Assembly: GCF_009914755.1 (NCBI RefSeq) | Contig: NC_060934.1 | Strand: one strand, 5' to 3' | Source of the DNA: the human T2T-CHM13v2.0 reference genome, Homo sapiens | Length of the DNA: 64,000 nucleotides | Shown here: positions 17,668 through 37,905 of the stretch, one piece after another | Numbering within the stretch: position 1 is the stretch's first letter | Layout of the letters: every line of letters begins with the position of its first letter | Translations under genes and position numbers: made by a program | The notes under the pieces: generated by a model | Databases searched by the model: none | Told to the model about the DNA's origin: nothing | The model's input: the letters and a program-made list of their open reading frames with translations, nothing else

Positions 17668-17719
17668 AGATGCAGATAGAACTTTGAGCATACCTGATGA
17701 ACAGTTACACTCATTTGCG
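17668..17719 (+). CDS. AGAP6: AGAP4/6-family coding exon, 52 nt (RDADRTLSIPDEQLHSFA)
   Basis: tttcttattttatag acceptor; gtaagt donor at 17720; phase 2-0. Confidence 0.85.
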
Positions 17720-18326
17720 GTAAGTGGCACTTTTATTGAGGTTGTATTTTCATCATACACTTGTATCTGTTTCATGCTGAAGTCAAAGCCATCTTTTTTT
17801 AAATCTTCCCCATTTCATGTTGCATTTAGTCATCTTAAGTGTTGTAAAAAGAATGTGCTGGAGTAAGAACTGATCTGCAGCTCTGTTTAGTTAGTGAGCT
17901 AGTATGAGTAAATATACTATCCAAACAACAGAAGATGTATCTTTTTTTTTTTTTTTTTTTTTATGGACTCTCTTTCTGTAGCCCAGGCTGGAGTGCAATC
18001 GCGCGATCTTGGTTCACTGCAGGCTCTGCCTCCCAGGTCCCTGTTCAAGCAATTCTCCTGCCTCAGCCTCCTGAGTAACTGGAATTACAGGCATGTGCCA
18101 CCATGCCCAGCTAATTTTTTTTTCTTTTTTTTTTTTGTAAAGACAGGGTTTCACCATGTTGGCCAGGATGGTCTTGAACTCCTGACCTCGTGATCCACCC
18201 ACCTTGGCCTCCCAAAGTGCTGTGATTACAGGTGTGAGCCACCATGCCTGGCCCAGAAAATGTATCTTTTTAAAAGGTAATTGTGAGCTGTCTATAGGAC
18301 CCTGCAAGCCACTACCCAATTTTTGA

Positions 18327-19829
<1,503 letters not shown>

Positions 19830-20117
19830 TATCTGTTTTATTTGACTGCAGTCTCCTTGGTGCAAAAACAAAATGGGAAAAATAAGGATAACTCAGAATT
19901 TCAAAAGGAAATCACAAATTCAGCTAATATTAGCATTTTCAGTACTTTTCGTAAACTAAGTAAATACACAAAATGTTGATTTTTCTGACCATAAGACGTA
20001 TTTTATGTCCTTCTGCCAAGGTGGATTTGTTAGTCTCAGGCCCTCCTGGCCACATTGCCCAAGTCACACAGGCTTCTGTATTATGTATTTAGATAAAATG
20101 TGTGAAAACATATTTGA

Positions 20118-20123
20118 AATAAA
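20118..20123 (+). terminator. AATAAA polyadenylation signal of the AGAP gene
   Basis: Canonical hexamer about 290 nt after the stop codon, followed by T/GT-rich sequence. Confidence 0.7.
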
Positions 20124-20142
20124 GTTCATAAATATGCATTGA

Positions 20143-24878
<4,736 letters not shown>

Positions 24879-26308
24879 TGAAAAAAAATTTTAAAGTTTG
24901 AGAAAATACAAAATTTTCATAGTCTCCATGTATTTCTCCTAAGATCTTTCCCCGTATGAGGGGGAAAGATAGTAACTTTACAACGGAGAAAACCAGCAGA
25001 AACCTGAACCAAATGAACAAGTTCAACATCATCAGTAAGAAGCACTATCAATGCCATAACTCTGATGGAATGCACTGGGAAGGATTCCACATCATTTTTG
25101 TGCTGTAATTGCCAAAAGTGTGTAACTTCAGTCCAATCATGGAAATACATCAGACAATCCCAAATCGAAGAACATTTGACAAATAGTGATCAGTACTGTT
25201 TCAAAATGTCACGGTTATGAAAGATAAGGAAAGACTGAGGAACTGTTATTGCAGTCCTACAAAACGGCGAGAGACTAAGAAATAACTAAATGCAGCGTGA
25301 TCCTGGGTGGAATTTGGGAACAGAAAAAGGACATTAGTGGAAAAAGTGGTGAAACTCCAATAAGGTCTTTTGTTTAGCGAATATGTTCATTTTAAATTAG
25401 TTAAATTATTTAAATATATTTAAACATTATTTAAATGTATTAAATTAATAAAATTGGTTATTTTGTGAAATAATTTTAATATAGTTAAATATGAGAATGT
25501 GGATTTCCTGGTTCTGATCACCGTACTGTGGCTATCTAAGAGGTGAATGTTCAGGGAGGCTGGGGGAGGAATAAATGGAAATTATACTATTGAGTTGGAA
25601 GAGAGAAACCTACCCCATCAGTCACAAAACCCTCACATTCATGGCAGTGTGCCGGAGGTTCCAGTATGAATGGCATTTCCCAGATGTCAGTGCAAGGTCC
25701 CTGTGGAGGGAGTGGGGCTCCCTGGGAATCTAGTGGAGAGCATTCGGGGCTCCCTTCCTCAGGAGCCTGCCCTTCCTGCACAGAAGCATCAGCCTCACCT
25801 CTGTACCACTGCCCCTCTGCCTCTCAGAACCCACTCGGCTTCAGGAAGTTTCTACTGCCGGCCTCCTTTCCTGGATACAGCCTCCAGGGACTCAGCCCTG
25901 CCTTCCCAAGTGTTCCCGCCACTCTTGGGAAGGGGCGCTCTCAGATCCCGCACCCCTGGACTTCCCTGGGCACCACCTGCTCCTTCTTTCTTCACTTCTC
26001 CAGCTCTGCGTTCTCACTCTGAGGGTCCTCTCCTGCTGGGAGTGTGTGTTGCTGGCAACAGTGAAGATTCTCCCCTGGGTGGCCCCCCCATGCCCTGTTC
26101 TTCTGCACTTCCCTGGCTTCCTGTGTTGGTTCTGCTGGTGTCACCTGCTTTTGGGTTTACATGGCTTCCCAGCTTCCTAACTTCTCTGAAGTTGAGTTTG
26201 ATGTGTGTGTTGATGATGGGCTTTTTCTTCCTCCTCCTCCTCCCCCTCCTCAGTCTTGTCGTTGCTCCACATAGTTTCCAGAAGGAGAAAAGGGACACTG
26301 TAAAATTA

Positions 26309-26599
<291 letters not shown>

Positions 26600-29500
26600 T
26601 CAAAATAATAATAATAGTAATAATAATAATAATTAATAATAATAATGCCATGTTTCTATCAGACCCAGAAATCCCGCAGAGTGAGCTGGAATTCTCTGTT
26701 TATCTGTTTCCCCTTCATACCCACTGGCTCCTCTCTGCCCGCTCCTTCTTGGACTGCATCAGCAGGGTGCCTCACTGTCTGGCCCTAGTGGAATTCACAC
26801 AGTGGAGGACGTCATAGGAGGTGGGAGAGAGAGAGAGAGGAGAGGTGGTTATTCGCTCAGGTTCTTCCTTGCTGGTTTGGCAGTGGCCACATCTTTCTAC
26901 TGATGGCTGCAGCTCCTGATGATCCTCCTCTACAGCCACAGCCCTCTTTGGGATCTGTGGACACCTTTCCTGTCCCTCTAGACCCAGGGAGATAACAGCT
27001 CCCACTCTTGCTGGTCCAGGACATTCCTCATCTCTTACTGGTTCTCTTAACTCGGTCCACACTTCTGTGAACAGCCCCTTTCCTCAAGTACCCATTCGAA
27101 TATGTCCTCTGGCTTCCACCAGGAGCCTGACTGATACCCACAGGTGGGTGAATGCTGGCGTGCTGCTGGGCCCCTCTTCCTCTGGTGACTGGCCAGGCAA
27201 GTCTCCAGGAGTCTCGTTAGGGTGGGCAGGCGGTGGGCACAGCACAAACTGTGAGCTCAAATCCACAGAACAAAAGTGGGAGAAGACGCTGGCAGGATGG
27301 ACCGCCACAAAACTCTTGGCATTCGTGACGTCTGTCCTTTAAATCACGCAAGGCATCATCATGCTTCAGACATGAGACAGCCTAAGTATTTAAGTATTTC
27401 AAATAAACAGATTGTTTTTCAGAATTGGTAATTGCTAAGTTGGCAAATTGCTATTGGAAACATTGGCTGTCCTTGACTCAATGATTCAGCCAGCTAGTCC
27501 CTTGCCAAACTAGTTGGGCAAATTCCACCTTGAGAATTTATCTGCTCCTGTCAAAGCCAGATTCTCCCTGCCTGAGGGGAGGCTGGACTTGACCTTCTGA
27601 CTCAGGATATGCTGACTTGGGTCCCTAGGTCCAAGGGCGGCCCTCTTGGGCCCACTGTGGGCTGGACCTCTTCCATGATGGGGTGGTGGAGGGCAGGCAC
27701 CACCTGATTCACCCTTGACCTCATCGAGGCAGGTGAAGTTCCCTGCAGGAGTCACCTGAACCCAGCCCCTCAGATCAGGATCCATCATGGTAAGGAGGAT
27801 TTTGGGCTGTCTCAGGTTCTTTGGCTAGAAAAGGGTCCCGCTCTTAGGTGTCTGCCCCAGAGGTGGGACACAGAGGGCCTGCTGGGGTCCATGGGCTGGG
27901 CTGGGTGGGCGGGGATCTGGTCACAGCAGCAGCTAGAAAGCCAAGTGGGAGGGCACCAGGGCCTGGGGCCCCTGTCTGGTCCTGGGCCTCCCCGGGCCTC
28001 TTGCCTTCTCCCCAGCAGGCGTTTGGGATCTGTGTCTGGACCCAGCCTTACCCAGGAAGTCTAGGGCCATGGTGTGTTGTCATTAGAATCACAGTGCTCA
28101 CGCCAAGGCATTGCATTAAAGCAGGGCAGGGTCTCATGGGCAGGGGACCAGTAGAGGGGGTGGAGGGAAGGGCAGTTGTCCCCAGAGGCTGTGGTGGGCC
28201 TGGCTCTGGGCTGGGCAGTGGGCCAGTGTCCTGCTGTGTGGCTGAGCTCTGACAACAGGCTGTCTGGGGTTGGTGAGCTCCTGAGAGAGGGGACTGGTGC
28301 AGAGTACCCTAGGGTGGGAGCTCATGAGGAGGGAGTCCGTGGGGTCTGGAAGCCATTCTAGAGCAGGCAGATGACACTTGTCAGGGGAACAGGCATAGAA
28401 AGGACCCCTGTGGGGGTGGGGGACATAGAGCCTCAAAAGAAACAGGGAAGGGGCTTTGACGGATCCAGGGAGCATCCCTGAGATTTCTTAGCCCAATTCC
28501 AACCAGCCATGTCCCAGGTGTCCCTCCCCCAGCACCCAACCCTCTGCAGTGCCAGCTCAATGCCCTGGGCAAAACATCCTGGACTCTGGCTGTTACAAGA
28601 GGAGGACAGGGTCATCTGGACCTGCCTGAACTCCAGGCCCCCCACTTTCACAGCCCCTTCTGGGTCCACAGGTTCATACGTATATAAATGAAAAATGTGC
28701 AAGAATCATATTACTGTATTCTTTTTCATAAAGAGGCCCCTCTAAATTGTTGAAGCCCCGAATCACCCCTGCCCAAAGGAGACAGCAATGGCATGTGTGG
28801 GGCCGTGGCCTTGAGACCCAGAGGTCCTGCTGCCCATGGTACCCACTGCCCACCCTAGGGGGACTGGCCATAGCCCTGGAGCCCCCAAACACCATGCAGG
28901 AATGCAAGAGGGTCTCAGCTCCCGAGTCCCAGGCTGGGAGGGCCCACAGTCCAGTAAACTAATCAGGCCCCGACATATCCAGTAGAGCAGCTCCGGGAGC
29001 CTGCATTGGGGAGAGGGCATCAGACCACTGCCCCAGGCCTGCACCCCAGAAGTAGGAGCATGGGAAGACCTCTCCTTGGCTCCTGGCCAGTGGAAGTCAC
29101 ATTCCCCAGCCCTCTGGCTCCAAGGCAACCTCATGTCCCAGTCACTCCTTGGCCCACCCCACCAGGTTGGCTCACTGCCAAAGGGCACCTCAGTGATGAG
29201 TGGAGGGAACAGGTGTTTACCAGGAGCTTGCATGCTTTGTCTCAGGGATGATTAGGGACACAGCCAAGAAGGCACACTATGCCCATTTTACAGATGAGGA
29301 AACGGAGGCTCAGGTTGGGCTGGTGACTAAGGAAAGCAGCATATGGCAGGTGGCTTGAGGCATGTCTGTCCATCATGAGTAACTAGGGAGCAGCCCTGCC
29401 ACTCCTCATGTGATGCGCCAGGAGCCAGGGAAGCTGCTTTCTAGGGGATTCTAGGTAAGGCCAGAAGCATCTCCCTGAGTGGTGGTGGAGGCCTCTGTCT

Positions 29501-29690
29501 ACTCCTCCAGGACTGCCAGGGGATAGGAGGGCACCGCTGACCTCACAGAGCCTCTTGGGTGAGTGAGCATCAGCTGAGTGGCGCCAGGTGACTATGCTTC
29601 TGCTCAGTGCTGTGCCCCCTTCTGCCTTGGGCAAGGCACCACCGTGAATGCCCCACCTGTCCCATGGAGGCCGCAAACTGCTCTGCAGAG

Positions 29691-29838
29691 CCAGGGTCTC
29701 CAGGAATGGGGAGGGCAGCCACCCTCACTCCACTTGTGTTTGTGACCCAAAGGACTGCCCGGGTCTCCAGGAATGGGGAGGGCAGCCACCCTCACTCCAC
29801 TTGTGTTTGTGACCCAAAGGACTGCCCAGGTCTCCAGG
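29691..29838. repeat. 67-bp tandem repeat, about 2.2 copies
   Basis: gggtctccaggaatggggagggcagccaccctcactccacttgtgtttgtgacccaaaggactgccc starts at 29694 and 29761; a partial third copy starts at 29828. Confidence 0.92.
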
Positions 29839-30119
29839 CCCGTAGAACCCCCAAACCCCTGACTGGGCCACACTGGGGACCTTGAGCAGCAGACTTAGAT
29901 TCTTAGGTCTTGTCTCCGGGTACATATCAGTGCCCAGGCTTGGGAAGCTTGGGTCTCAGGGGGGTTGGCACTCAGGCCCTCTGCCTCAAGGAAGGGGCAT
30001 GTCCAGATCTCTCCTGTCCAGCCTCAGCCCTGCTCCCTGCCCCTATCCTTCACGGGGTCCCTAGGACAGGGTTACAGAAGTCTCATGCTGTCAGGCGATG
30101 CTGCCACCCCAGTGCCGGG

Positions 30120-30571
<452 letters not shown>

Positions 30572-30749
30572 TGAGTCCTGGTGCTGGGTGAACACTGGCA
30601 GCTTGGACCCTTCCCTCTGGAAATCTGGGGAGCCTTTCTTATCAAAACAGCCTATTCTGAATAACCTATGCAGGAAAAGGAAGATGGATTTTTATTTTTA
30701 CCACAACTTTAAAGCTTCAAAGATTTCTTAAGAAATCACCCAAATCTGA

Positions 30750-30989
<240 letters not shown>

Positions 30990-31369
30990 TAAGCAGAGAC
31001 AGGGTTTCGCCATGTTGGCCAGGCTGGTCTCAAACTCCTGACCTCAAGTGATCCGTTCCTCTTGGCCTCCCAAAGTGCTGGCATGACAGGCGTGAGCCAC
31101 TGCGCCCGGTCCTGAAACAAAAAAATTGTTTTGTATTCAGAGGTCAGCAGCTGTGTGTGTGTGTGTGTGGGGGGGGGGGGCCAAGCAAGGCCCCACCCAT
31201 GGATCATCGTGTGAAAAACAGTCTTGCCTGAGTTTGTGTCCTCACTCTAAATGGCAGCAGACGTGTATTTTCTTTTTGACTCTGCAGCTGGTGTGGACCA
31301 CCTGCTTTAACCTTTCACTAGCCTCTGAGTTTTCTATGATTCCTGTTGGGAGAAAAGCTGAGTGTTGGG

Positions 31370-31644
31370 AGAGCAGTGGGCCTGCTCTGAGCCCTCTCCC
31401 TGGACTGGGGGAGCAGTGGGCCTGCTCTGAGCCCCTCACCCTGAGCTGCAGGGGCAGTGGGCCTGCTCTATGCCCTCACCCTGGACTTTGGGGCCAGTGG
31501 ACCTGCTCTGAGCCTTCACCCTGAACTCGGGGGCAGTGGGCTTGCTCTGAGCCCTCACCCTGGACTGTGAGGCCAGTGGACCTGCTCTGAGCCCTCACCC
31601 TGGACTCGGGGGCAGCGGGCCTGCTCTAAGCCCTCACCTTGAAC
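31370..31644. repeat. GC-rich minisatellite, 39-41 bp unit, 7 copies
   Basis: Core (g/c)cagtgggcctgctctgagccctcaccctggact starts at 31373, 31413, 31454, 31494, 31533, 31573, 31612. Confidence 0.92.
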
Positions 31645-32066
31645 ATTCAAGATTTAAGAAAGTTTGCCAGCAACAGATTCTGTTGAAAAGAACTACTTAA
31701 GAAGTCCTCCTGCAAGAAATGACATGAATCCAGAGGAAGAAGCAGTGTGAAAAAAGTAACAATTCTCTAAGTAATCAGCCAATGCTATTATTTAAGACTA
31801 AAGTATTGATTGCCATGGATGCTTAAAATAACAATTTAGAATTAGAATTCTGGATTATATCAACAGGAGAGTTGGGGAAAAGGAAAACAGCGGGAGGAAG
31901 TGAACACTCATCTTGTTTGGGAAGAGTCTATATGTACTGTTTACCTTTAGATTTTGTTAGGCAACATTATATATGGATATAAAAAATTAAAAGTATTAGA
32001 AAAATAACAATGAAATGTATAAATTTCAAACCAGTAAAGGAAATAAGATGGAACAAAGAAATTTCA

Positions 32067-32414
<348 letters not shown>

Positions 32415-32987
32415 TCAAAAAACCAAACCAAAACAAAACAACCCCACAAAGATAATAAAGTCCAAACAAATGAGTATTCATAATAAATGGGCAATAAGAA
32501 AAAAATCAAATGAATACCAAATAGGCAATTCATATGAAAATACTATTCAAGGAAATTAAAATTGCTAAGAAAGAAAAAATGCTCGATCTCACCATTTATC
32601 AAGGAAATACAAATAAAAGGGCATTGAGATGCTATTTTTACTGATTAGATTGGCAAGTATTTTTAACTTTGATAACAAATGTTAGCCGGAGTTGGGCAAA
32701 TGGGTACCCTCATGTCCCACCAGAGGGAGTGCATATTAGTGCAGTCAATTTGGAGGGCATCTGACATATCTATTAAAACCAAAACATTTGCATGTGTGTG
32801 CAAGAAAGTATAGTCAAGATTATCTTAGCAACATTGCTGGTAGCAGTGAGATATTGGCAATGATCTAAAGGTCCATCATTGGGAGAATAACTACATGAAC
32901 TATTGTATGTTCCTACCACAGAATACTCTGCAGCAGTTAAAAACAGTAACTTAGAATCATTTCTTTCTTTTTTCATTTTCTTCTTCC

Positions 32988-33030
<43 letters not shown>

Positions 33031-33419
33031 TTCTTTCTTTGAGACAGAGTCTTGCTCTGTCTCCCAGGCTGGAGTACAGTGGTACAATCTCGGTTCACTG
33101 CAATCTCTGCCTGGCAAGTTCAAGTGATTCTCCTGCCTCTGCCTTCCAAGAAGCTGGGATTGCAGGTGCCCACCACCATGCCTGGCTACTTTCTGTATTT
33201 TTAGTAGAGATGGGATTTTACCATGTTGGCCAAGCTGGTCTCGAACTTCTGGCTTCAGGTGATCCACCTGCCTTGGCCTCCCAAAGTGCTGGGATTACAA
33301 GTGCCCCCCACCAGATTCATTTCTTATAGTACGAGTAGACTTACTGTGACTACTTAAAAATTTTCAGAAGGAAAGGAACAGAAACATATTTTATATGTGT
33401 AAAGCCACATAAGACAACA

Positions 33420-34292
33420 CTACCGTCTTTTCACAAAGCCCTTTCGCCTTCCCGCTTGCCCTCTTCTTTCCCCTATCCTGCTTGCCACCCTCTTTTTGCC
33501 CTCCATCTACCCCAAAACTATTCTCCCCATCGTCTTTTTCCCAATCCTCTTTCCTACCTCCCTCTGGCCACCCTCTTTTCTCCTCCCACTTGCCACCTTC
33601 TTTTCCCCCCTCCATCCACCCAAAAGCTTTTTACCCACCGTTTTTCTTTCTGCACCGTCTTTCTTTTCTGCCCTCTGTCTTTTCGCAAAACCTTCTCTCC
33701 CTCCCGCTCGCCACCCTCTTTTTCCTTCTCCCACTTGTCACCCTCCTTTCCCCATCCAGCTACCCAAAAACATTTTCCCCCACGGTCTTTTCGGAAAACC
33801 TTGTCTCCCTCACTCACCACTCTCTTTTGACCCCTGCTGCTCTCCACCCTCTTTTCCCTCTCCATCTACCCAAAAACATTTTTTCCTCACTGTCTTTCCC
33901 CCCTCGCCATCTTTTCACAAAGCCTTCTCCCTGCTCCTGCTCACCACCCTCTTCTTCCCCACTCCCGTCCCTCTCCCACATGCCACCCTTTTTTCACCCT
34001 CCATCTACCCCAAAACTATTTTTCCATCGTCGTTTTCCCAACCCCCCTTCCCACCTCCTGCTTATCACCTTCCCCCCTCCATCTACCCAAAACCTTTTCC
34101 CCCACTCTTCTCCCCACCGTCTTTTATGCCTCCTGCTCGCCACCCTCTTTTCCCGCTCCATCTACCCAAAAACTTTCCTCCCCACTGTCTTTTCTCCCCA
34201 CTGTCTTTTACAAAACATTCTCTCCCTCTTGCTCGCCCCGTTTTCTCCCCCCTTTACCAATCTCTCTTTAGTCCTCCCACTTGCCACCCTCC
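33420..34292. repeat. Degenerate pyrimidine-rich tandem repeat (ccaccctcttt / ccatctacccaaaa / ccgtctttt modules)
   Basis: About seven ccatctacccaaaa-like cores spaced roughly 80-140 nt apart; very few G on the + strand. Confidence 0.8.
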
Positions 34293-37268
34293 AGGGTCAG
34301 GCCCTAAGTCCTGGCACTCTGGACGCACCCCACCGTCAGCAGGGAGAGGCGCAGGGCTGGGAGGGGCCTGGAGTCTTGCCTGGGGCATCACTTTTGCAAA
34401 TTTATTTTGTGCGGGCCTCGGTTTCTCTGGCAGCGATTCCAATGGAAGCCAGCTTCAAGCCTTGGAACACCGGCATTTCCCGGCCTAGTGTCACAGCGGC
34501 GTCTCTCCCGCCCCCAGGACGTGCGCAGTGCTTGGCACAAGGGTGGCAGCAATGCCAGCTTCAGCAGCACAGTATGGCCACACAGGCCCAGGCCCCGGCC
34601 CGGGTTCGCGGGTTCGCGTTAGTGCGGCTCTGCCGGAGTAGGCGCAGAGCTTTGGGAGTTCTGAACCCCTAAGCGCGAGTCGGGCGGGGGAGCCCAGGAG
34701 CTTCTCGGAGGCCGCAGTGAGCGGCCCATGGGGACAAGCGTCCAGTCAGGGGCATGTCAGAGCCGGTGTCACATGTGCGTGCACTAGGGGAAGGCAGCCT
34801 GGGGTCGCTCCCTGGGGCCATCTGCCTGCAGGAATGAGTCCACCGACTTGTAGCTGAGCTGCAAGGGCGTCAGGCAGCGGAAAGTGCCAGGAGAGTGGGG
34901 GATCTGCACGCAGGCCCTCTGTGAGGACACCACCATCTCCCCAGGAGACAGCCAGGGTGGCACTCTGGCGACGAGGCTGGGGTCTCAGTACTCGCCCTGA
35001 CACCACCCCCCTCCCTCGTCTCCTCAGCATCATAGTTGGGGGCCTCCTCCGTGTCTGAAATTTGCAAGTCTTTCTCCTGAATGGTGAAATTGTGCACGGG
35101 GCTCTACCTGGGCAGCTTCCTATTGGGGATGCTGCTGTTTTACCGCTTCTGGGCGCTCTTTGGCTTGTACAGCTTGGCTGCCTTCTTGTTCTGGTTGATC
35201 CTGAGCTTGCTCAACTTGAAGGACTCCAGGTGCTTCCTCATGGACCTGTGGAAGATTTCCCGGTCCCGCTTCTTGTCCTCAGTTGGTGTGGCTGTAGCGA
35301 TGCATGTACTCCTTCCCCGGCTTGCACAGGTACTGCTGCAGCGTGTGGTGCGTGACGGGGTCCTCCCCATACGGAATGCTCTGCCACACTGCTCCAGGGA
35401 CTGAACGTCCAGACAGACGGCACTGATGTTCTCCCTCAGAAGGTAGGAGACAGAGGCCACCATGGTGGACAATCGTGCCGTGAAGTCCATGTTGACGACG
35501 TTATCAGTACTTGGGGAGCTGATGAAGGCCACGGACCTTAGGCACTCTCCTTTGGTGGCTTAGCTGATGGCATCCTTCAGGTTCAGCTCATGGAAGACAT
35601 TGAGGATCCCATATGGAGACTTCTGGGCCAGCATTCTCATGAGAACCCCACTGAGGAACTTCCTGTCAAAGTGGGACCACATCTCTCTGAGATAGTTGTG
35701 CCTGATATGCCGGGATATGTCCTTGATGGCCAAGAGGATGTGGTTGAAAGCATGGTGGTGCAGCTTCTCATGGAGCTTGGGCTCCTGGTGCTCACTCCTC
35801 TTCACCTTCAGCCACTGCACCAGGGACTTGATGGTCAGCCCCTGGAAAATGACTGTGAAGAAGATGATGACGGTGGTGCTGACAAACAGGTTCTTCTCCT
35901 TGACCTTGTTTCTGTCCGGAAGCATGACCAGGATGAAGGCCATGGCCCCATGCAGGCCTCTATAGGACATGACCACCTGGTCTATGATCTCCAGCTGCAT
36001 CATCCAATAGCAGTACAGGAGTCAGGACTGGATGACACCATGGCTCGGTACATGAAGGTGTAGGCCAGTGCAGGAGGATGAAGGCCATGTTCCACGTCCA
36101 GATGAGCAGGTTCATGACCGAGATGCCCAGGGATATGAAGATTGTATTGACACCACTGGCCAGCATCTTCACGGTGTAGTGCATGGTGTTGGCCGACTGC
36201 TCCAAGATGTTGGCCTTCATGTACTTATGACAGCAGATGCCACAGAAGATAATGGCCAGGATGGCCAACAGCAACAGCTTCTCAGACGTCCTATGGACGG
36301 GTAGGAGATGACTAACACAAAACCAGGCTAGATGATGTGCACATGCTTGGTGAAGTGGGTCACCAGTGACAGCAGGAAGGCAAAGACCACCCCACAGTCA
36401 TGCCCCCCAGGCTCACCACAAAGGACACTACACTTTTGGCATGGTCCACGCTGATCATGTTCTCATCATCCAGTGTCACAAAAGATTGAAACACATTGTA
36501 CAGTCATTCAGTAGCAACTCCCTGAAGATGATGATGAACAGGACCTCATTGACATGAACTTCCTCAAACCCAACCAGTATGGCTGCTGGGTCCACAGTGG
36601 TGATCAGGCTGCCGAACAGGAGGAAGTCCAGCAGCCCTATCTGCAGGTTGCCCATGAGCCTGCTAAGAGAGATGCCATAGAGGAACAGGATGGTGGTGGC
36701 TGCATTGCACACAGTGCTGATGACCTGGTACAGCAGGATGGTGCCCAGATTGCCAAAGAAGAGCCGGTTGGGCATGAAGTAGTCGGCATCTGCATGATGG
36801 GGGACGTCAACATGAAGTCGCTATGTGGTCGGCCACCCAGATGATGCTGCCCAGCACCAGGCCCAGGACGATGAGCAGGGGTGCTCTCAGGGACCACGGT
36901 GATGCCTTGTGGGACAGGTAGAACCAATCTTGGCCAGCCTGACCACAAGGATGCAGATCGCAATCAGGTACTGGTCCTGGACATTGGCCCATTCAAAGGC
37001 GGCCACGTGGGAGCCCTGGCTCACATCGTGTACACTACCGTGCTCCTCCTCGACACCCCCTCGCCCGTAGCAGCCACCCAGCACCAGCGCCACTGCCATC
37101 AGCAGCCACCGGCAGCAACATCAGTGCTCCATCTCCATGCCAGCCTGGGACACGCATGTTGTGGGGAGTCCCAGCTGTGCTCAACTGATGCACCATGCTG
37201 GGGCTGCTGAACACACAACCCAGCAAGGAGCCCAGCTGCCTTTGGGGCCGTTGCTGATGGCAGTCCCC
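34293..37268 (-). pseudogene. SLC9A3P3: Processed pseudogene of SLC9A3 (NHE3 Na+/H+ exchanger) with 5' UTR, disrupted CDS (about 37138 to 34769) and part of the 3' UTR
   Basis: Contiguous intronless NHE3 peptides across shifted frames: [86 protein letters not shown]...THM-stop. Many frameshifts, stops and deletions. Numeric suffix of the symbol is recalled. Confidence 0.9.
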
Positions 37269-37874
37269 TTGTTTTGTTTTTTAATCACACATCACTTTTT
37301 TAAGTACACACACATAAAATATCACTGAAATGAGATATTCTTAGAACTTTTTTTAGTTCAAAGTTCATCTTCTGTAATACTTTTGACTTAAAATCATCAG
37401 TGCCCTCATTTTTCCACACATTGTTTTCTGTTCCATCAAGAGAAAGGGACAACAAACTATCACCCATGAGCCAAATGTGGTCCTTCCTTTGCTTTTGCAA
37501 ATAAAGATTTGTTGGAACACAGCTACAATCCTATGACTGCTTTCAGGCCCTGATGACAGAGTTAAGTGGTTGCAGCTGAGCCTGTATAGCTTACAAACCA
37601 AAAATATTGCCTACCTGGCCCTTTGCACAAAACATTTGGTGGCCCTTGATTGAGGAGCGCAGGAAGTGAAGCATTTCTTGCAAGCATGTCCACTCATCCT
37701 GGGGATGTTTTTTGTTTTTTTGAGATGGGGTCTCATTGTTGCTCAAGCTAGAATGCAATGGCACAATCCTAGCTTTCTTCAGCCTGGAACTCCTAGACTC
37801 AAATGATGCTCCCACCTCAGCCTCCTGGGTAGCTGGGACTACAGACACAGGTAACCATGTCCAGGTAATTTTCA

Positions 37875-37905
<31 letters not shown>

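Noticed and set aside
31370-31644. Regularly spaced repeats resembling a CRISPR array
   Set aside because: Units are contiguous with no unique spacers, there are no cas genes, and the context is primate DNA. It is a minisatellite.
33482-34672. 396-aa and 330-aa plus-strand ORFs
   Set aside because: Pro/Ser/Phe/Leu low-complexity translation of a pyrimidine-rich repeat that lacks stop codons by composition.
35140-36775. NHE3-like ORFs as a functional exchanger gene
   Set aside because: Broken across frames by stops, frameshifts and deletions, and intronless.
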